In this document: positions 46,965 to 47,445 of the stretch, piece after piece
Layout of the letters: each line of letters opens with the position of its first letter
How positions within the stretch are numbered: position 1 is the stretch's first letter
Position numbers and translations under genes: made by a program
Notes under the pieces: generated by a model
The model's input: the letters and a program-made list of their open reading frames with translations, nothing else
Told to the model about the DNA's origin: nothing
Databases searched by the model: none
Assembly (NCBI GenBank): GCA_013115125.1
Contig: JABANN010000249.1
Span: forward strand, 1 to 47,445
Source of the DNA: Perkinsus olseni
Lineage: Eukaryota
Direction: 5' to 3'
Length of the DNA: 47,445 nt

Positions 46965-47336
46965 CTATGCTGGACGGGAGCAGCTGACGCTCACTTTCTG
47001 AATCTTAATCGTCTGAAGAAAGAGTGTTTCTGTTTGCGGGGCCGTCTCTGCGCTGGCAGGCTGAACAGACAGCGCCTGAGTGAGAAGAGTGGAGTTCCTC
47101 CCACCCCTGGAAAAGTGAAGCCGCCTGCTGGATAAATTGAACTTCAAGTCATACGCTCGGAAGAGCGGATGCCCCAGGCTGGTTGTTTCAGAATAATCAG
47201 GGTCGATATCCATTTGACAGCATAAAGCGTCACAGGAGTGGACATAGTGCTTTGGCTCTATTCTGATGTCGATAGTATAAGGCAGCTCCCCGATTCGATA
47301 GGCGAGTGTTGGTAAATAGGGAAGAGCCTCCTTCCT
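46965..47336 (-). pseudogene. C-terminal fragment of a third aspartic protease copy, interrupted at about 47336
   Basis: RKEALPYLPTLAYRIG...EPKHYVHSCDALCCQMDIDP...LGHPLFRAYDLKF matches the paralogs; similarity stops at about 47336 and an in-frame stop follows within about 35 nt. Confidence 0.7.
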
Positions 47337-47445
47337 ATCCAGAAACTCCAGGAAATTATTAAAGTGCTAAGTCATTCTGGGTACCAAGTCCACGGCAAAA
47401 AATCCGGGTTCCACCTCCATGGGTCGGTTTTCCCACCCATGCTCT

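Overview
Eukaryotic protist DNA with dense genes and many short (about 45-55 nt) GT-AG introns. The gene families (intronless pepsin-like proteases, GSYCK-W-PPVCFG Cys-rich proteins, P-x-G-x-Y beta-domain secreted proteins) suggest a Perkinsus-like alveolate; this is inference, not a database result. The main locus is a ZNFX1-like gene (11253-16816): CCCH finger, UPF1-like SF1 helicase, NF-X1-type Cys/His repeats, RING-like module and C-terminal RZ finger. It is followed by a helicase-less paralog of its own N-terminus carrying four CCCH fingers (17337-18191), a candidate RNA-sensing or antiviral pair. The helicase gene has an apparent +1 frameshift near 13051 that is compensated if a 47-nt intron is retained, and Tyr replaces the conserved RZ His. 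Other content: a multi-exon Aurora kinase, tRNA-Glu(TTC), three aspartic protease copies, and a duplicated cassette of Cys-rich secreted protein plus protease (12,209 bp offset). There is also a secreted-protein gene/pseudogene pair with a gene-conversion-like tract, several multi-exon hypothetical genes, a decayed LTR-retroelement RT, and a recurring TGCACGCATGCACA intergenic motif.
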